Positions 40,228-55,440 of a stretch of 64,000 bases of DNA are shown here, one piece after another. The notes below the pieces were generated by a model. The model was not told the DNA's origin and made no database searches. It saw nothing but the letters and a program-made list of their open reading frames with translations. Location of the stretch: assembly GCF_009914755.1 (NCBI RefSeq), contig NC_060939.1; one strand, given 5' to 3'. Numbering within the stretch: position 1 is the first letter of the stretch; every line of letters begins with the position of its first letter. The DNA is from the human T2T-CHM13v2.0 reference genome, Homo sapiens. A program made the translations under genes and the position numbers.

Positions 40228-41184
40228 TGTTAGGAGTCAAGAATGGTGGCAGGAAACTGGGCAGGGCCATGCGTGAGTACAGGGACAGCTCTCAGGGGTG
40301 GTGGGGGTGGTAGGTTTGTGCATGGGCTTGAGCCCCAGTCTGTCTCTCAGCGGCTTCCTCCAGGAAACAAAACTGACCAACTCCGGGTTGGTCAGATATA
40401 TATATTTGAGACAGGGTGTTGCTCTGTCTCAACAGAGCAGGCTGCAGTGCAGTAGCATGATCTCAGCTCACTGCAACCTCCGCCTCCCGGTCTCGAGCTA
40501 TCTTCCTCACCTCAGCCTCCTTAGTAGCTGGGACTATAGGCATGCACCACCGTGCCCAGCTAATTTTTGTATTTTTTGTAGAGGTGGGGTCTCACTATGT
40601 TGCCCAGGCTGCTCTCGAACTCCTGAGTTCAAGCGATCTGTCTGCCTCTACCTCCCAAAGTGCTGGGATTACAGGTGTGATCCACCATGCCCAGCCAGAA
40701 ATGGGGACTTTCAAATTCCTCTCCCTCCCTCCCCATGTAAGGGGAGGGGACACCCCACCATGCAGGGGAGGATCAGTAGGAGGGAAGGAAGGGTCTGAGA
40801 GCCCCTGTAGTTGGAGGTGGCCAGTGTCTTGTTCATCGAAGGCCAGGGCAAAGTGAGGGATGTAGAAGAGTCACTGGCAGTGCCCTGAGGATGCCGCCCA
40901 CCTTGCTTTGAAGAAATCCACCCCTCAGTCAGGACTTTTGGGGCCCTGCCAGGAACCCTGTGTGACCCCTGGACTCCTCAGCAGACCCAGGTGTCTGCCT
41001 TTGACTTGAGGACAGGCCAGCACACCCGGGGTTGGTCAGTTCTGTTTCCTGGAGGAAGCCGCTGAGAGACTGACTGGGGCTCAAGCCCGTGAACAAACCC
41101 ACCATCCCCACCACCCCTGAGAGCTGTCCCTGTACTCACGCATGGCCCTGCCCAGTTTCCTGCCACCATTCTTGACTCCTAACA
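40228..41184. repeat. Inverted duplication: 161-bp arms 40228-40388 and 41024-41184
   Basis: 7 mismatches in 161 bp, no gaps; outer 79 bp identical. Confidence 0.98.
40396..40696 (-). mobile_element. AluJ, tail apparently split by the inverted duplication (T18 at 40203-40220)
   Basis: TSD-like AGAAATGGGG at 40188 and 40697. Confidence 0.85.
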
Positions 41185-43377
41185 AGGTTGCAGCAGAGTA
41201 AGAGCTTTAGACCCAGAGTCTCTAAGCTGGACTAATCCTTAGCAGCCATGTCCCCCTGCTTCTTCTTTGCTTCATTTTCCATGGCTCACATCCCCTTCTG
41301 ATGGCCTATAGATTTCACTCCTTAATCTTGTTTGCCATCTGTCCTCCCTGTTAGAATAGCAGCTCTGTGAGGGCAAAGCCTTTTGTCTCTCTTGTTCCAT
41401 GGTCTCTCCCAAGAGATCAGAGTGTAGTAGGTGCTCAGTTAACACGTGCTGAGTAGATGAACACATCCAATGCACCATTTCTCAGTATACAGATGGGGAG
41501 ACTGAGACCCAGAGGCGAGGAGTGACTCTTGGAGGCAGAGCTGGAGCTTTTCCTAATTAGACTCAAGTTAATTCAAATTTGGGTCTCTGTCTCCCACTTT
41601 GAATTACCTTGGTTGCTAGGGGTGCTTAAGAGGCCCTTGGCAAGAACCTTCAGGCCAGCTGCCTCCAGAGTTACCCAAAGGGGCAGCTCCCAGACTGAAT
41701 GGACAGCCGCCACATGAGGCGATTGGTGAGTTCCAGGAAGGAGTCATCCCCACCAGACCTCCATCCTCAAAGAAAACCTCCCAGGGTTGCTCTCCCAAGG
41801 CAGCCAGTTCCTCTGCTAGTGAGTTCTCTCTTGGTGAAAATAGTGCCCTCTTCAGGCAGCCTTTTAAAATTCCCCAGTGCAATTAAAAAAAAAAAAAGCA
41901 CATCCAATCAATCAATCAATCAATCAATCAGTCAACAATTCTCCAGTGCACTGGAGAACTAAGGAAGTCCAAAGCCAGGCTCCAGGCAGCCATGGGAGAA
42001 GGAGTGGCATTCCCATGGACTTGGGCTAGGGATAACCGACCAGTCTGAGAAACGCAGCCAGAGGCCCAGGGAAGCCTTGGGGTTCTGAGGCCTCACTTGG
42101 GAATCTGGCAAGAGAGCCTAGAGGCCACAGTGCTCAGCACGCCCCCCACAGAGGAGCAGATCTTGTGCAGGCCTCTACATTCCATCCATGGGGAGCTTTG
42201 GCTTTTTTCCCCAAGCCCAGCTGTTGACCCCAAACATCTTTTTCCATCGTCATTGTGGTTTGCCAAATTCAGGGTTAGAATGCACCTGAAACTTGGAGCT
42301 GGGGGAAGGACTCCAGAAATTAGGCCTTGAAGGATATGTAGGAGTTTTCAAGCTTGTTGGAAAAATTAGGGAGGAAGGAGACAGGCAGGTGAGGGAGCAG
42401 TGATAATGCTTTGCCTGAAGAAACGAATCTGTAATGGGGCCTTCTTCTGTGACTGAGGCCATTGTAGGCCCTTCCCTACCCCCCCATCCTTGTCCCCAAC
42501 CACCTTTGATGGGCTCCCTGCTCCTGAAGAGGGTGAGGCCCTGACCTAAGACAGAGCTTCATGCACTACTGCCCTGGCCTTCTCTTTATTACCACTGTTA
42601 CTACAAGTTTGCTGACTTTCAGCCACAGTGGATGGAAAAGTACGCCTGTTGCAACATGATGTGAGTCAGTTGTTCATAAATAATGGGATTGCACCGTCAG
42701 CTCTGATGCCCTGGTGTCTGGCCCACAGTTGGAGACATGGTGTTGGCTCCTTGGAGAAAAGGGTAAGGGTGACTCTAGACATCAGTTTGAAATTATGCAG
42801 GATGGCAGTGAGGATCCAGCAGGTGCGAGAGCTACAATCATTTTTGGCACCTAGGAAAAAAGATAGTGCCCCCAAATCAGTGATCCAAGGTTTAATTCTC
42901 ACCCATGCCCTGTCCTCCAATCCAGGTTTTGCCTTACACAGTCATCCTCTCTTCTGACCTTGACCTCAGCCAGGACCACCCCCAGCATGCTATGGACTTA
43001 AGGGGTGAGTTTTGCCCAAGCCTCAGACAGGGTCATTCTGCCTGGACACACCACAGCCCCTTCAGACAGTCTTCCTCTGATTATCTGGGAACCCTTTGAC
43101 CAAGATGGTCAGGTTCACCTTGGTGGGATTCATTTGGAGCCTGCCAGAGACACAGAGACCAACTATGATAGCTTCTAGACCCCAGAGTCCCAAATTCAGC
43201 CACTCCACTAGCTTGCCACTTGTTTTGGAGTTGATCACTGCACTCCTGGGAGCTGAAGACTAGTGTGGCTGGTAGAGAGCCTTGGATTCTAATTCTGACA
43301 TTATCTAATGCATAGTGTGACTTTGATCCTGTCACTTCCTCTGCCTCAGTTTCCTCTTCTGTATGGCTTGGATTCAT

Positions 43378-43611
43378 CATGGTGTCTCAACCTCAGCACT
43401 ATTGACTTTCGGTACCGGATAATTCTGTGTTTGTGGTGGGCGGTGGAGAGGGGGCATGTGCTGTGCATTGTGGGAAGTTAGCAGTAGCCCTGGCTTCTAC
43501 CCAGCAGACACTGCACCATCACATCCCCTTCCCTTCCTGGCAACCAAAACTGTCTCCAGACATTGCCAAATGTCCTCTCGGGGACACTCCATCTCTGGTT
43601 GAGACCCCTGG
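43378..43611 (-). mobile_element. MER20
   Basis: TCTCAACCTCAGCACTATTGAC..GGATAATTCT..TGTCTCCAGACATTGCCAAATGTCC. Confidence 0.88.
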
Positions 43612-44599
43612 GATCAATGATCTATGAAGACCCTCCCAACGGTCATCCTCAGGACAGGGGAGACCATGTTCTCTTTCCAGCCCCTGTTTCATGAATGTGG
43701 ACTGGGTGTGAATGAAGACTCAACACGTGGGGTGTGCAAGGACTTATGGGTGGAGGGGCCCCTTGGACCTCATGCTGAGAGCCAAGGCCAGTTCTCTTCG
43801 CCTTCCAGACCTTGGGTTACATAAGTCGGGGTGGGTGGGGCGAGGCTCGGAGTGAGGGGGAGAGAGGCCTGTGGTTCGGGCCCGCACACTAAGGTCAGTG
43901 GCCTTCCAGTGCGGGGCAGCGTGGTGAGTAATCATCTATTCATGCCCTAGGACTCAGCATTCCACCCACTTTCCCCTCTCACGCTGCCCTGGGAGGGGAC
44001 ACAGGAAGTGAATCAGCCCACCCACCAAGCAGAGGAGGGAGAGAGGGTGGAGTGTGGTGTTGTTAGACGCAAGGGCACGCCTGCGCCGGCCTACCCTGGG
44101 TTTTATTTAGTTTATTCCTCCCAAGTTAGCTGTTTATTAACTTCGTCCACGGAAACCCCCTTCTGACCTTGTCGCTTAATGGAAGGGCAGACGATCTTTG
44201 GCAGGGGGAGGGGTTTGTTGATGAATATTAGAAGTAAATCACTGTCTCTGGGAATAACAGACTGTGAGGTTTGGGATAGTACTAACCCAGAACTATTGCT
44301 CTGGGGGATTCATTCCTTCATTGAAGAAACTCTGCTCTGGACTGTGGGCTAGATGTGGGGCAGGAGAAGGGAATGAGATATAGTGCCTGCCTGCAGAACC
44401 CCTCAGTCTCAGAGGGAAGACATGGCTGTCAGGCTGTCCCTGCAGGGTACTGGGAATGTACATGGAATGCATGGAGTGGGGTGTGGGCAGCACCACCCAG
44501 CTGTGTTGCGGGGAATTGGGGGTGGGCAGCTGGGGCAACACATGTGCTTGGGGAGGTGGAGGGAATGTTCAGGCAGCTTCCCGAGAGGAAGAGGTGGAA

Positions 44600-45710
<1,111 letters not shown>

Positions 45711-45719
45711 TCATAGTAT

Positions 45720-47850
45720 TAAGGAAGACGTGTTTGAATTAGGTTTTAAGGATGAGCGTGGAATCTCTGGACACCTCAGAGGGAAGGGGAGGGGAGAGGA
45801 GGGAAGGAAAAAGCCCAGGCTGCAGGAAGAAAGTGGTGCTGAGGTGTTCGTGCCTGGGGCTGGAGATGAGGCCCTGAGGGTAGGAGGGGCTGGGGAAGAG
45901 TATGGAAGGTCTTGCACCTTTCATCCCCCACAAGGCTGAGGAACTTGGGCTCTGCCCTGTGGACAGTGAGAAGTGTCGAAGGAGTTTTCATCAGGAAGTG
46001 AGACAGGCTGATGGTCATCTTAGAAGGACATAGTTGGGAGGGATGTCCCAGGTGGACTGAGAGGGAAAGAGGCTTCAGGCAAGAAGACCAAGTGAGAGAA
46101 AGCTGGGGGACCCTGTGGCTGTCGGTGGGGTGGTAGAGGGAGCAAGTCTGAAGGGTGCTGTGCCGCACAAGGGTGCCCAGGATTCTGGTTTGTTGGCTGG
46201 GTTGATGGTGGTGCAGGCACCTGGGTAAGTTCACTGGAGGAGCAGCTGACTTGACAAGATGAGGAGTGGATAAACTTGGGCCTGGTGGCTTTAAGGGGCC
46301 CACAGAACCACCTGGAGATGAACTTAGAGACGAGGCATTGACAAGTGTGAAAAGGCATTGCAGAGCTAGTTGCTGAGTTCAAGGTGAGAAGCCAGTCAAG
46401 GGCCAGGGCAAGGACTGCCATCAGATGACCTGGAGGGCCCTGCGGAGTTGAAAGCCAGGACACAGGGTGGCCTCTGCTCAGTGTGGCTCAATCCCTGCCC
46501 TGGGCATGTCATATCAATCCACACATTCTCACTGCCAAGCTCGAGGCTGCATGCTTGGTTTGGGCACTGTGGGTAGAGACCCAGAGATCAACATGACCTA
46601 GTGACTTTAATTCATTTATTCATCCCATAAAGCTCAGAGAATGGAATCTGGCCAATACCTTTGCACAGCTAAAGATTGAATGTCTGCAGGAGAAATGGAG
46701 TGTGTTATGGAAATGTATCATGGGGACATGACAGGCTAGAGCAGGATTTCTCACCTTGGCCCTGCTGACATATTGGGCCAGATAATTCTTTGTCGTGTGG
46801 GACTGTCCTGTGCACTGCAGGATGTATAGCAGCATCCCTGGCTTCTATGCAACAGATGCCAGTAGCCACACACACCCCCTCCCTGCTTGTGACAACCAAA
46901 AATATCTCCAAACATTGCCAAATGTCCACTGGGGAGCAAAACCATCCCCAATGAGATCCATTGGTCTAAGGGTCAAAAAGGTTTCTTTGAGGTAGTTATG
47001 TTAATCTGAATTCCAGAAGATAGATAAGAATTAGTTAGGATACAGCAGGGGTGGAGAGTGGAGGAGAGTATTCAAGGCACAGGTTCCAGCAAGTGCAAAG
47101 GCCCTGAGGTGAGAGACAGCATGGAGGCAGCAGTGAGGAACCTGGTGTAGCTTCCTCACTGAATGAATGGGGAAGGCTTTGATTAGGCAAGCAGTGGTGA
47201 AGGTGGGAGAGAAGGGTCAGATTCTAGGGATCTTCCAGAGGGAACACTCTAGGTTCTGATGACCGAAAGGGTTTGGACATGAGAGTGCTAAGGAAATCCC
47301 CCAGGTGCAGAGAATGAAACCAACTAGAAGCTGGTGAATTACATTTGGAGCATGCTGTGTTGGAGATACCTGGGAGACAGCAGGTGGGGTCCTGAGCTCA
47401 GAAGAGAGGCCTGGTTGGAGCTACACAGTTGGAAGCTACATGCATACAGGTGATGAGAGAAGCCATGGGGTGGATGGGACAGCCCCGGGAGAGCCTGCAG
47501 ACTGAGAAGTGGAGCATGGAGAGGAGGGCCTGGCAGGAAGCAGCAGGAGCTCCAACATTTAGAGATGGAGAACGAGTTCCAAGAGAGATAGTGGAGGACC
47601 GTATGGAGAATGGTGCTGTGGAGGCCCATGGAAGAGTGCTCCAGGCGCAGGGCATGGGCCACGGTGAAGCCTGTGGAGCACGAGTAAGTGCATGAGGACT
47701 GAGAAGTGCCTGGGGATTTTGAAGTGCTATGAGGAGGAACCAGACTTAGATGGTTGAGGAATGGGCAGCAGGTGGGAAGAGAGGCAGCTGGCAGACAGTT
47801 TTTCCAAAAATGTGTCAGTAGACGTGAGGAGAGAGTGAAGAAGCCAGAAA
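45720..47850 (-). mobile_element. L2 fragments
   Basis: CAAGTGCAAAGGCCCTGAGGTGAGAGACAGCATGG; GAGCTCAGAAGAGAGG..AACATTTAGAG. Confidence 0.7.
46742..46963 (-). mobile_element. MER20
   Basis: GGGCCAGATAATTCTTTGT..TGTCCTGTGCACTGCAGGATG..AGCAGCATCCCTGGC..GACAACCAAAAATATCTCCAAACATTGCCAAATGTCC. Confidence 0.92.
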
Positions 47851-48091
47851 GGGAAGTGGGTTTAGGATCTCACTGGGAAGAGTTTTCATCCTCCTATCTC
47901 CCCCGATCTCCCTGTCCCCTCCCTCCTCAGAGGCAATGTTACCAGTTCCACGCATGTGTTAGAAAAGACGTATACAGATTATTTCCCCCGGATGGTGGCA
48001 CATGCATGCACTCTGCCCCTGCGTCTTAATTTTTCCACCTAGCTACCTACTGTGAGGTTTCTCCATATCAGTACCTAGAAAGCTGCTTCTT

Positions 48092-48436
<345 letters not shown>

Positions 48437-49079
48437 TTATGGATGTCACATAACTTATTTAACTAATCTGTTTTTTGGACATGGAGGCAGTTTTGAGCCT
48501 TTTGCCACCACAAATGATTTCCCACAGAATCCCCTTGTACTTCAGTCATTTTGCAAATGTAGGTGGCTATAGGTAGGATAAAGTCCTAGAAGTGGAATTG
48601 GTGGTTCATGGGTATGTGCGTTTATATTTGGAAAGATATCGGCAATGTGCTGTCCATAGAGTTTGTAAGAATGTACCCACCTACCAGCAGTGGATGAGAA
48701 TACTCATTTACCACACCCTCCAACAGAGAGTGTTACCAAACACACCAATATTTGCCAATCTGGAAGACAAAAAATGATTTATTGATATAGTTTAACCTGC
48801 ATTTTTGAATAAAGTTAAATATATTATTACAGATATAAAAGTCATTTGAATTTCCTCTTCTGTGAACTGTCTATTCATATGTTTTATCAATTTTATTTGA
48901 AGTTGTTCTTATCAGAACTTTTTCTTATTAGAGGAATCAGAGGGAATCTTGAAGTATTGGAGAAACTAGTCTTTTGTCTGGAATATACATTATACGTTTT
49001 TCCCTTCCTCATTTGGTCAACAATTTATTATTATTATTATTATTGCTGTTACTGCTGTTTTTTAAGAATTATGAGTGTT

Positions 49080-49712
<633 letters not shown>

Positions 49713-49779
49713 TTAGATGAGGGAAGTGAGTGGATGGTGTTCTGACGTTTGCTTAGATTTTGTATTTGTTTGTGTGGCA

Positions 49780-50222
49780 TTTGTTAGTCACAGGGCAAGC
49801 AATCAGCCCAAGTTGTTTCCATCTCCCCTGCAACTTAAAATCCATGCTCTGAATCACTTCCTTATCTAACTGGGATGCACCCTGCCAATCTTTCCCTGCC
49901 CTTAGTCGCCCAGGCTGAGGTACCAAATGAGTTGGGACAGCCTCTACGCCCCAGTGCCCACAGGGGTTATTTAAACTAGCCATTCCTAACCTGCTCAACC
50001 TGCCCTGCTGTGCTTTTCCCGTTGAAACCCAATAAAGGATCTGACCGAGGCCTCACGCTCACTGACCAAAGCCTGGTGATTCCCCTGCAGCCACACACTG
50101 GGTTTGGTGTGGCCCCTCCTCTTGGGAAATGTGGGTGATACATTCTTCTTTCAGCAACATTGCCTCTGTTATCACTCAGTTGCCTCCATCAATTAAAATC
50201 CTGCAGGTACAATTGAGACCAC
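49780..50222 (+). mobile_element. MER74-like ERVL solo LTR
   Basis: TTATTTAAACTAGCCATTCCTAA..GAAACCCAATAAAGG..TGTGGCCCCTCCTCTTGGGAA. Confidence 0.65.
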
Positions 50223-51535
50223 AAAGGACCCTCAAACAGGAATAGAATGTAAGGGTCAGTAAACTGCAGGCCCAGTGAGGCTCCAGAGCCATCAGAGCAT
50301 GAGTGGTTAAATAAGCAAGCTCTCCGGGAAGAATTCCTGGAGGAAGTGGGCTGGGGAGATGGATTCTGAAGAATGGAGATGAGGAGATGCGTTGTAGTGG
50401 GAAAGGCAAGAGCAAACTGCGGGGTGCAGGGGAGTGTGTGGGTGTGTTTGGGTGTCCGGGAGGACAGCAATCAGAACTGAAAGAGGCTGGAGGAAAATCT
50501 GCAATGAGGAGGTTAATCTGATGTTGTATAGAGGAGGCAGGGGCGAGAGGGTCCAAGAGGTAGGGTGGAGCCTGCAGATGCTTTTTGAAAACAGGATTTT
50601 TCTTTCCAAGAATGATTTGATTTTGTGGTAACTCCTTCTGGGGGCTCAGAGTGGGGCTTGAAGGTGCCTATGATGAAGGACCTAGATGTGCGTTCCAACC
50701 TTGCATTAGGTCCAACTTGACTGTTGCTATACAGTAAACCCCCTACCCTGCTACCTTTTGGTTACCACATTAACAAAACCCCATTCCTGGCTGAGCTCAA
50801 TCATCTGACTTTGCCCTTCAACCCTGGCAAAAGTCATCCTCTTCTCTCTCTTCTGCTTGTCACAGCAGCGGGGGAACTTCGCTCCCATCTGAAGTGAGCC
50901 TCAGCCCTCTTGGTGCCTTCTTCCTCCCCATGAAAACCCCCCTTCTCCTGTCCAGTCCCCCCGTCCCCCAGGATCAGCTGCCCATACCTGGTGACTGCTT
51001 CTGACTTTCCAGGGGCATTTGACTTGAGAAATAAAAAAAAGAAACTGGAAAACCGAAAAGTCTTTAAAGCATGAAGACTTGAGCAATACTGGTTGGATGG
51101 TGGGTGATGGCATTGCAGTACTGAAGCCTGAGGCCCTGTTCCACACTGCCTCAAATCACAGAGACTCTTTTTTGGGGGTGGGGATTTGCCTGTTCTAATA
51201 ATGCTGGCCTAGGTCACAGTCCTATGTGCTATAAATCAGTAAATCCATGGGAAGTTCACGAACACATGCACCTATTGGGCGATTCCTCATGCTACCTTGG
51301 GATTTCTCTTGTATCGTTGCTTACACAGTTATTTACCTTTTTGAGAGTGGAATTTGTGGGGAAGTCATCTCATATTCAGCAAGTGCTTGCCTAGTTCTCA
51401 CGAACCCTGAACTGGGTCAGGTGGCATGGATCTTAAACCTTTGTTGTATGTGTTTTACCTCCCCAGTAAAGACCCTGTCACGACTCCCTGATATGCCCTA
51501 TAGTCCCCATTGCCAATGCAGAGAATAAGGGAACC

Positions 51536-51866
51536 CAGCCAGGCACAGTGTCTCATGCCCGTAAAATCCAAACACTTTCAGAGGCCAAGGAGGGAGGATC
51601 CCCTGAGCTGAAGCGTTTGAGACCAGCCTGGGCAACATAGTGAGACCCCCATTTTTACAAAATTTTAAAAATTAGCTGGGCATGGTGGTGTGTGCCTGTA
51701 GTTCCAGCTACTCAAGGGGGCTGAGGTGGAAGGATCACTTGGGCCCAGGGAGCTGAAGCTGCAGTGAGCTGTGATTGCACCACTGCACTCCAGCCTGGGC
51801 AACAGAGTGAGACTCTGTCTCAAAAACAGCGGCAACAACAACCAAATAAATAAATAAATAAATAAA
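51536..51866 (+). mobile_element. AluJ
   Basis: TSD AAGGGAACC. Confidence 0.9.
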
Positions 51867-52799
51867 GGGAACCTAGATGGGCTGTGGTTGGCAGAGAAGA
51901 TTTCTTGAAAAAAGGAAGAGCTCGAGCAGACAGTATGTCTAGAAAAGGTAGGAAAGGGGAAGGAAGAGAAAAGGAAGTCCACCAGGGAGGCCCCATTTCC
52001 GGCACTCTACAGAGCCAGGTGTTCCCGAGAGGAGGTTGAGTGTCAGCCCTTCAGGGTGGCCAGTGGATGGCGACTGGTCACCCTGGGGTGGGGGGGTGAC
52101 AGGTGAGCAGGTGAGCCGCCTAAGAAGGAAAGGGACAGGAGGCAATGGAGTTCCTGCCAACAGTGAGGGTGGGGATCTGTGAATGTTGCCCCCTCTCTGC
52201 CAGCTGGGGAGTCCTGGGGGGGCTGCAAGCTGGATGGGCAGGGTGGGGAGTGGGTGGACTCAGGGACCTTGCCTTTCTGTGAGGGACTGAAGTTCCTTCA
52301 CAGCCGCCTCCCCAAGCGCCCAGGGAACAACTGTTCTCCCAGATCAGGGCTCACTAATGCCTCCTGCCTGGAATCCTGGCTTGCTGAAAGGGAGTGATAG
52401 GGAGCAGGGAGTTCTGAGAGGAGGGCTTCCGTTTCTGAAATAGAGGATGCCAATTGTTCATTTCTTCGATGTCTTTGGTACACGTCCTCTCTAGAACCTG
52501 ACTAATCATTTTTTACAAATTGTAAGTGGAAAAAAAAAAAGGAAATTGTGTGCAGGAGGATGAAAACTTTGGCTTAAGCGTGGGCTTAACCAAGCAGGAA
52601 GGGAAAGTGGCTGGCCCAGCTGCGCTTCTCCCTCCTGTCCCTCCTAGTCTGGTTTGGTTTAATCTTACCTTTGTCCTAGAGGCAGTTCCAGATGCCCAGT
52701 TGCTGGAACATTACTTCTGGGTGTAGCTTAACAAGACCATGGCCTCTGGACCCGCGATCAGCTCGCTGTGTGGTCCTGAGCAGCCACCCAACATCTCTG

Positions 52800-53162
52800 G
52801 GCCTTGGATTCCTACCTGGCCTTTCTTCTGGATGCATCATTTTTGCCTTTAGGTATCTGGACCATTCCCCCCCATGGATGATAAAGTCTTTGCTTCACAC
52901 CCTCAGGATTACCTTAAAGGCCTGAAAAGAACAGAGGAGGAGTCTGAGGAGGTGAATTCCAGCCGTGCTCTTGCAGGCTGGCTGGGCAGTGTGCTGGGGA
53001 GGAGAGGGAGCCTCTGGCTGGGCCTCCTCCACCGGGCCTGGTGTGCTGGGAACACCCCGCATTGTCCCAAGGCCTCAGATTTGACTTTCAAAGGGAAAAC
53101 AGCTCTCCTGATAAAGGTGGGTCTTGTTCTATGATATATGGCTTTGTTCCAGTGTCCTGCAG
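52800..53162 (+). other. Possible alternative first / cassette 5'UTR exon of PAQR5
   Basis: Repeat-free, some CpG retention, donor CAG|GTATGA at 53162/53163, acceptor-like ttttgcctttAG ~52852; recollection of a second PAQR5 TSS ~15 kb downstream. Confidence 0.3.
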
Positions 53163-54397
53163 GTATGAGAAGAACAGAGGCTGCACCGGGTCTCTAGGGG
53201 GTTAGACGACTCCTGCTTTGGGGGAGCTGAAGGGTTTCATGTGCCTGGGCTGTGTCTGATTGTGCCTTCAGTATCGCTGTCTGGGCGCCTGCTGGTGCCG
53301 GGCACTCTATTAAATGTGATCTTACGGACCACTCTGGAGGAGCAGTGCAGGAGTGGTCGTCTCTATTCTCTCAGCCTGGGATGAGGAGACTGAAGGGTGT
53401 GCAGCTTGTGCAGAATCCCTTGGGCTTCCCAGGGGACAGCTCAAGTCAGATTTGAACCACGTCTTAGGAGTCCTTGCCCAGAGCTCCTTTCCCCACAGAC
53501 TGTTTATGGTGGGCCTTCACACGACTGCAACTGCGTTCTCTGCCCTTCCACTCCGCCCCTTCTGCTCTCATGTGTCCCCTGCAGCATCAATGGTTGCCAA
53601 TTATTGAGGAAATGAATTCACTTTGTTCAGGGAGGAAGATCGGGGTCTTTGTCTGAATAATAAAAGAAAAGAAAAGTTTGCTCTAATAATTCCAGTGAAT
53701 CCCCACAGCACCTCCCCTCTCCCCAAAGCATCAGCATGTCTTCGCGTTTTCCAGCATCCTTGAAGACCCAAGGGAATGGGTCTCGAATGGGGAAATCTCC
53801 AGTCTCAAGTCACAGGGGCTGGCCCCTGACTCACACTGCAGAGGTGACCACTTTTCCACCTTCTTACCCAGCCTTACCTTCTTACCACAGCCAGCCCTGG
53901 GTGACATTCCTGTGCCAAGAAATGCAAGGACCTATCTCCAAGTGTGTTTCACCTTGACTGGCACTTTCCACCTCACATACCCAGGGACACGAGTTTGGGA
54001 GAGGTGTCTAAACTACAGAAGTTATTTCCTTTCTTCTCACTTTTCATATAGAGGCCCTGCTTTTTCTCCCTGGGCAAAGTGAATCATTTCCCATGACAAG
54101 CAATGGCAGTTGGAGCTCTGGGGGCAGGGACTACCTGGGTTTAGGGACAACTGTAGTAAGAATCTTCCCCTCCAGCCCCTCCACTGTCATGCACTTGCCA
54201 GTCTCATGCCGCTTCCTTCCCCTTGGGCTCGGGGCAGTCCTTGGGTCAGGAGCTCAAGGCCAGCCTGGAGCCTCAGAGGTGGTCCTGGGCAGTGAAGCCT
54301 CGGGGAAGGCGGAGGGCTTACTATTTACACCTTCTGAGCTTGGGCTGCACGTTCTTGGGGGCTGATTTAGATGAACTGTTATTCTCATTATTCATAG

Positions 54398-54702
<305 letters not shown>

Positions 54703-55135
54703 ATAAGGTTTTAAATAATGCATTTTGCCTCAGCCCTTTAAAAAAAAAAGCCTGTGCTTAATAATGCTACAATAATGACGTTGTGTCACATTTCAGCCAC
54801 GGGGCTCTTAATCCACCACTGCATTCAAATATTGTGAAATGTGTTACTTACGATATTGGGTTAGCGGGAAAAATAATGTCCTAGCAAGAAGGAAGGAGAA
54901 TACATTTTCCGTTTTATCTTGTAGCCTGGGACAGGCCAGAGAAGGCATGTCCCTGGTCATAAGTTAGAATGACAGTTGCTCTTTTTGAGTCCCGGCTATG
55001 CATCAAGGGCTTACACATGGGGCTTACACTTACTAATGCTTGAAACACCCCAAAGAGGTAGTTGCTCTGGGGATTATAAAAGTGTCCACCTGAAGAGATG
55101 CTGTGAAAATTAAGTGGGGTGTAAAATGCCCATAA

Positions 55136-55440
<305 letters not shown>

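Noticed and set aside
40203-40696. Alu 3' transduction
   Set aside because: The carried sequence is ~4% diverged from a donor 635 bp away while the AluJ is far older; later insertion into the tail fits better
40243-41169. Two near-identical small ORFs ([14 protein letters not shown]...) on opposite strands
   Set aside because: By-product of the 161-bp inverted duplication, not paralogous genes
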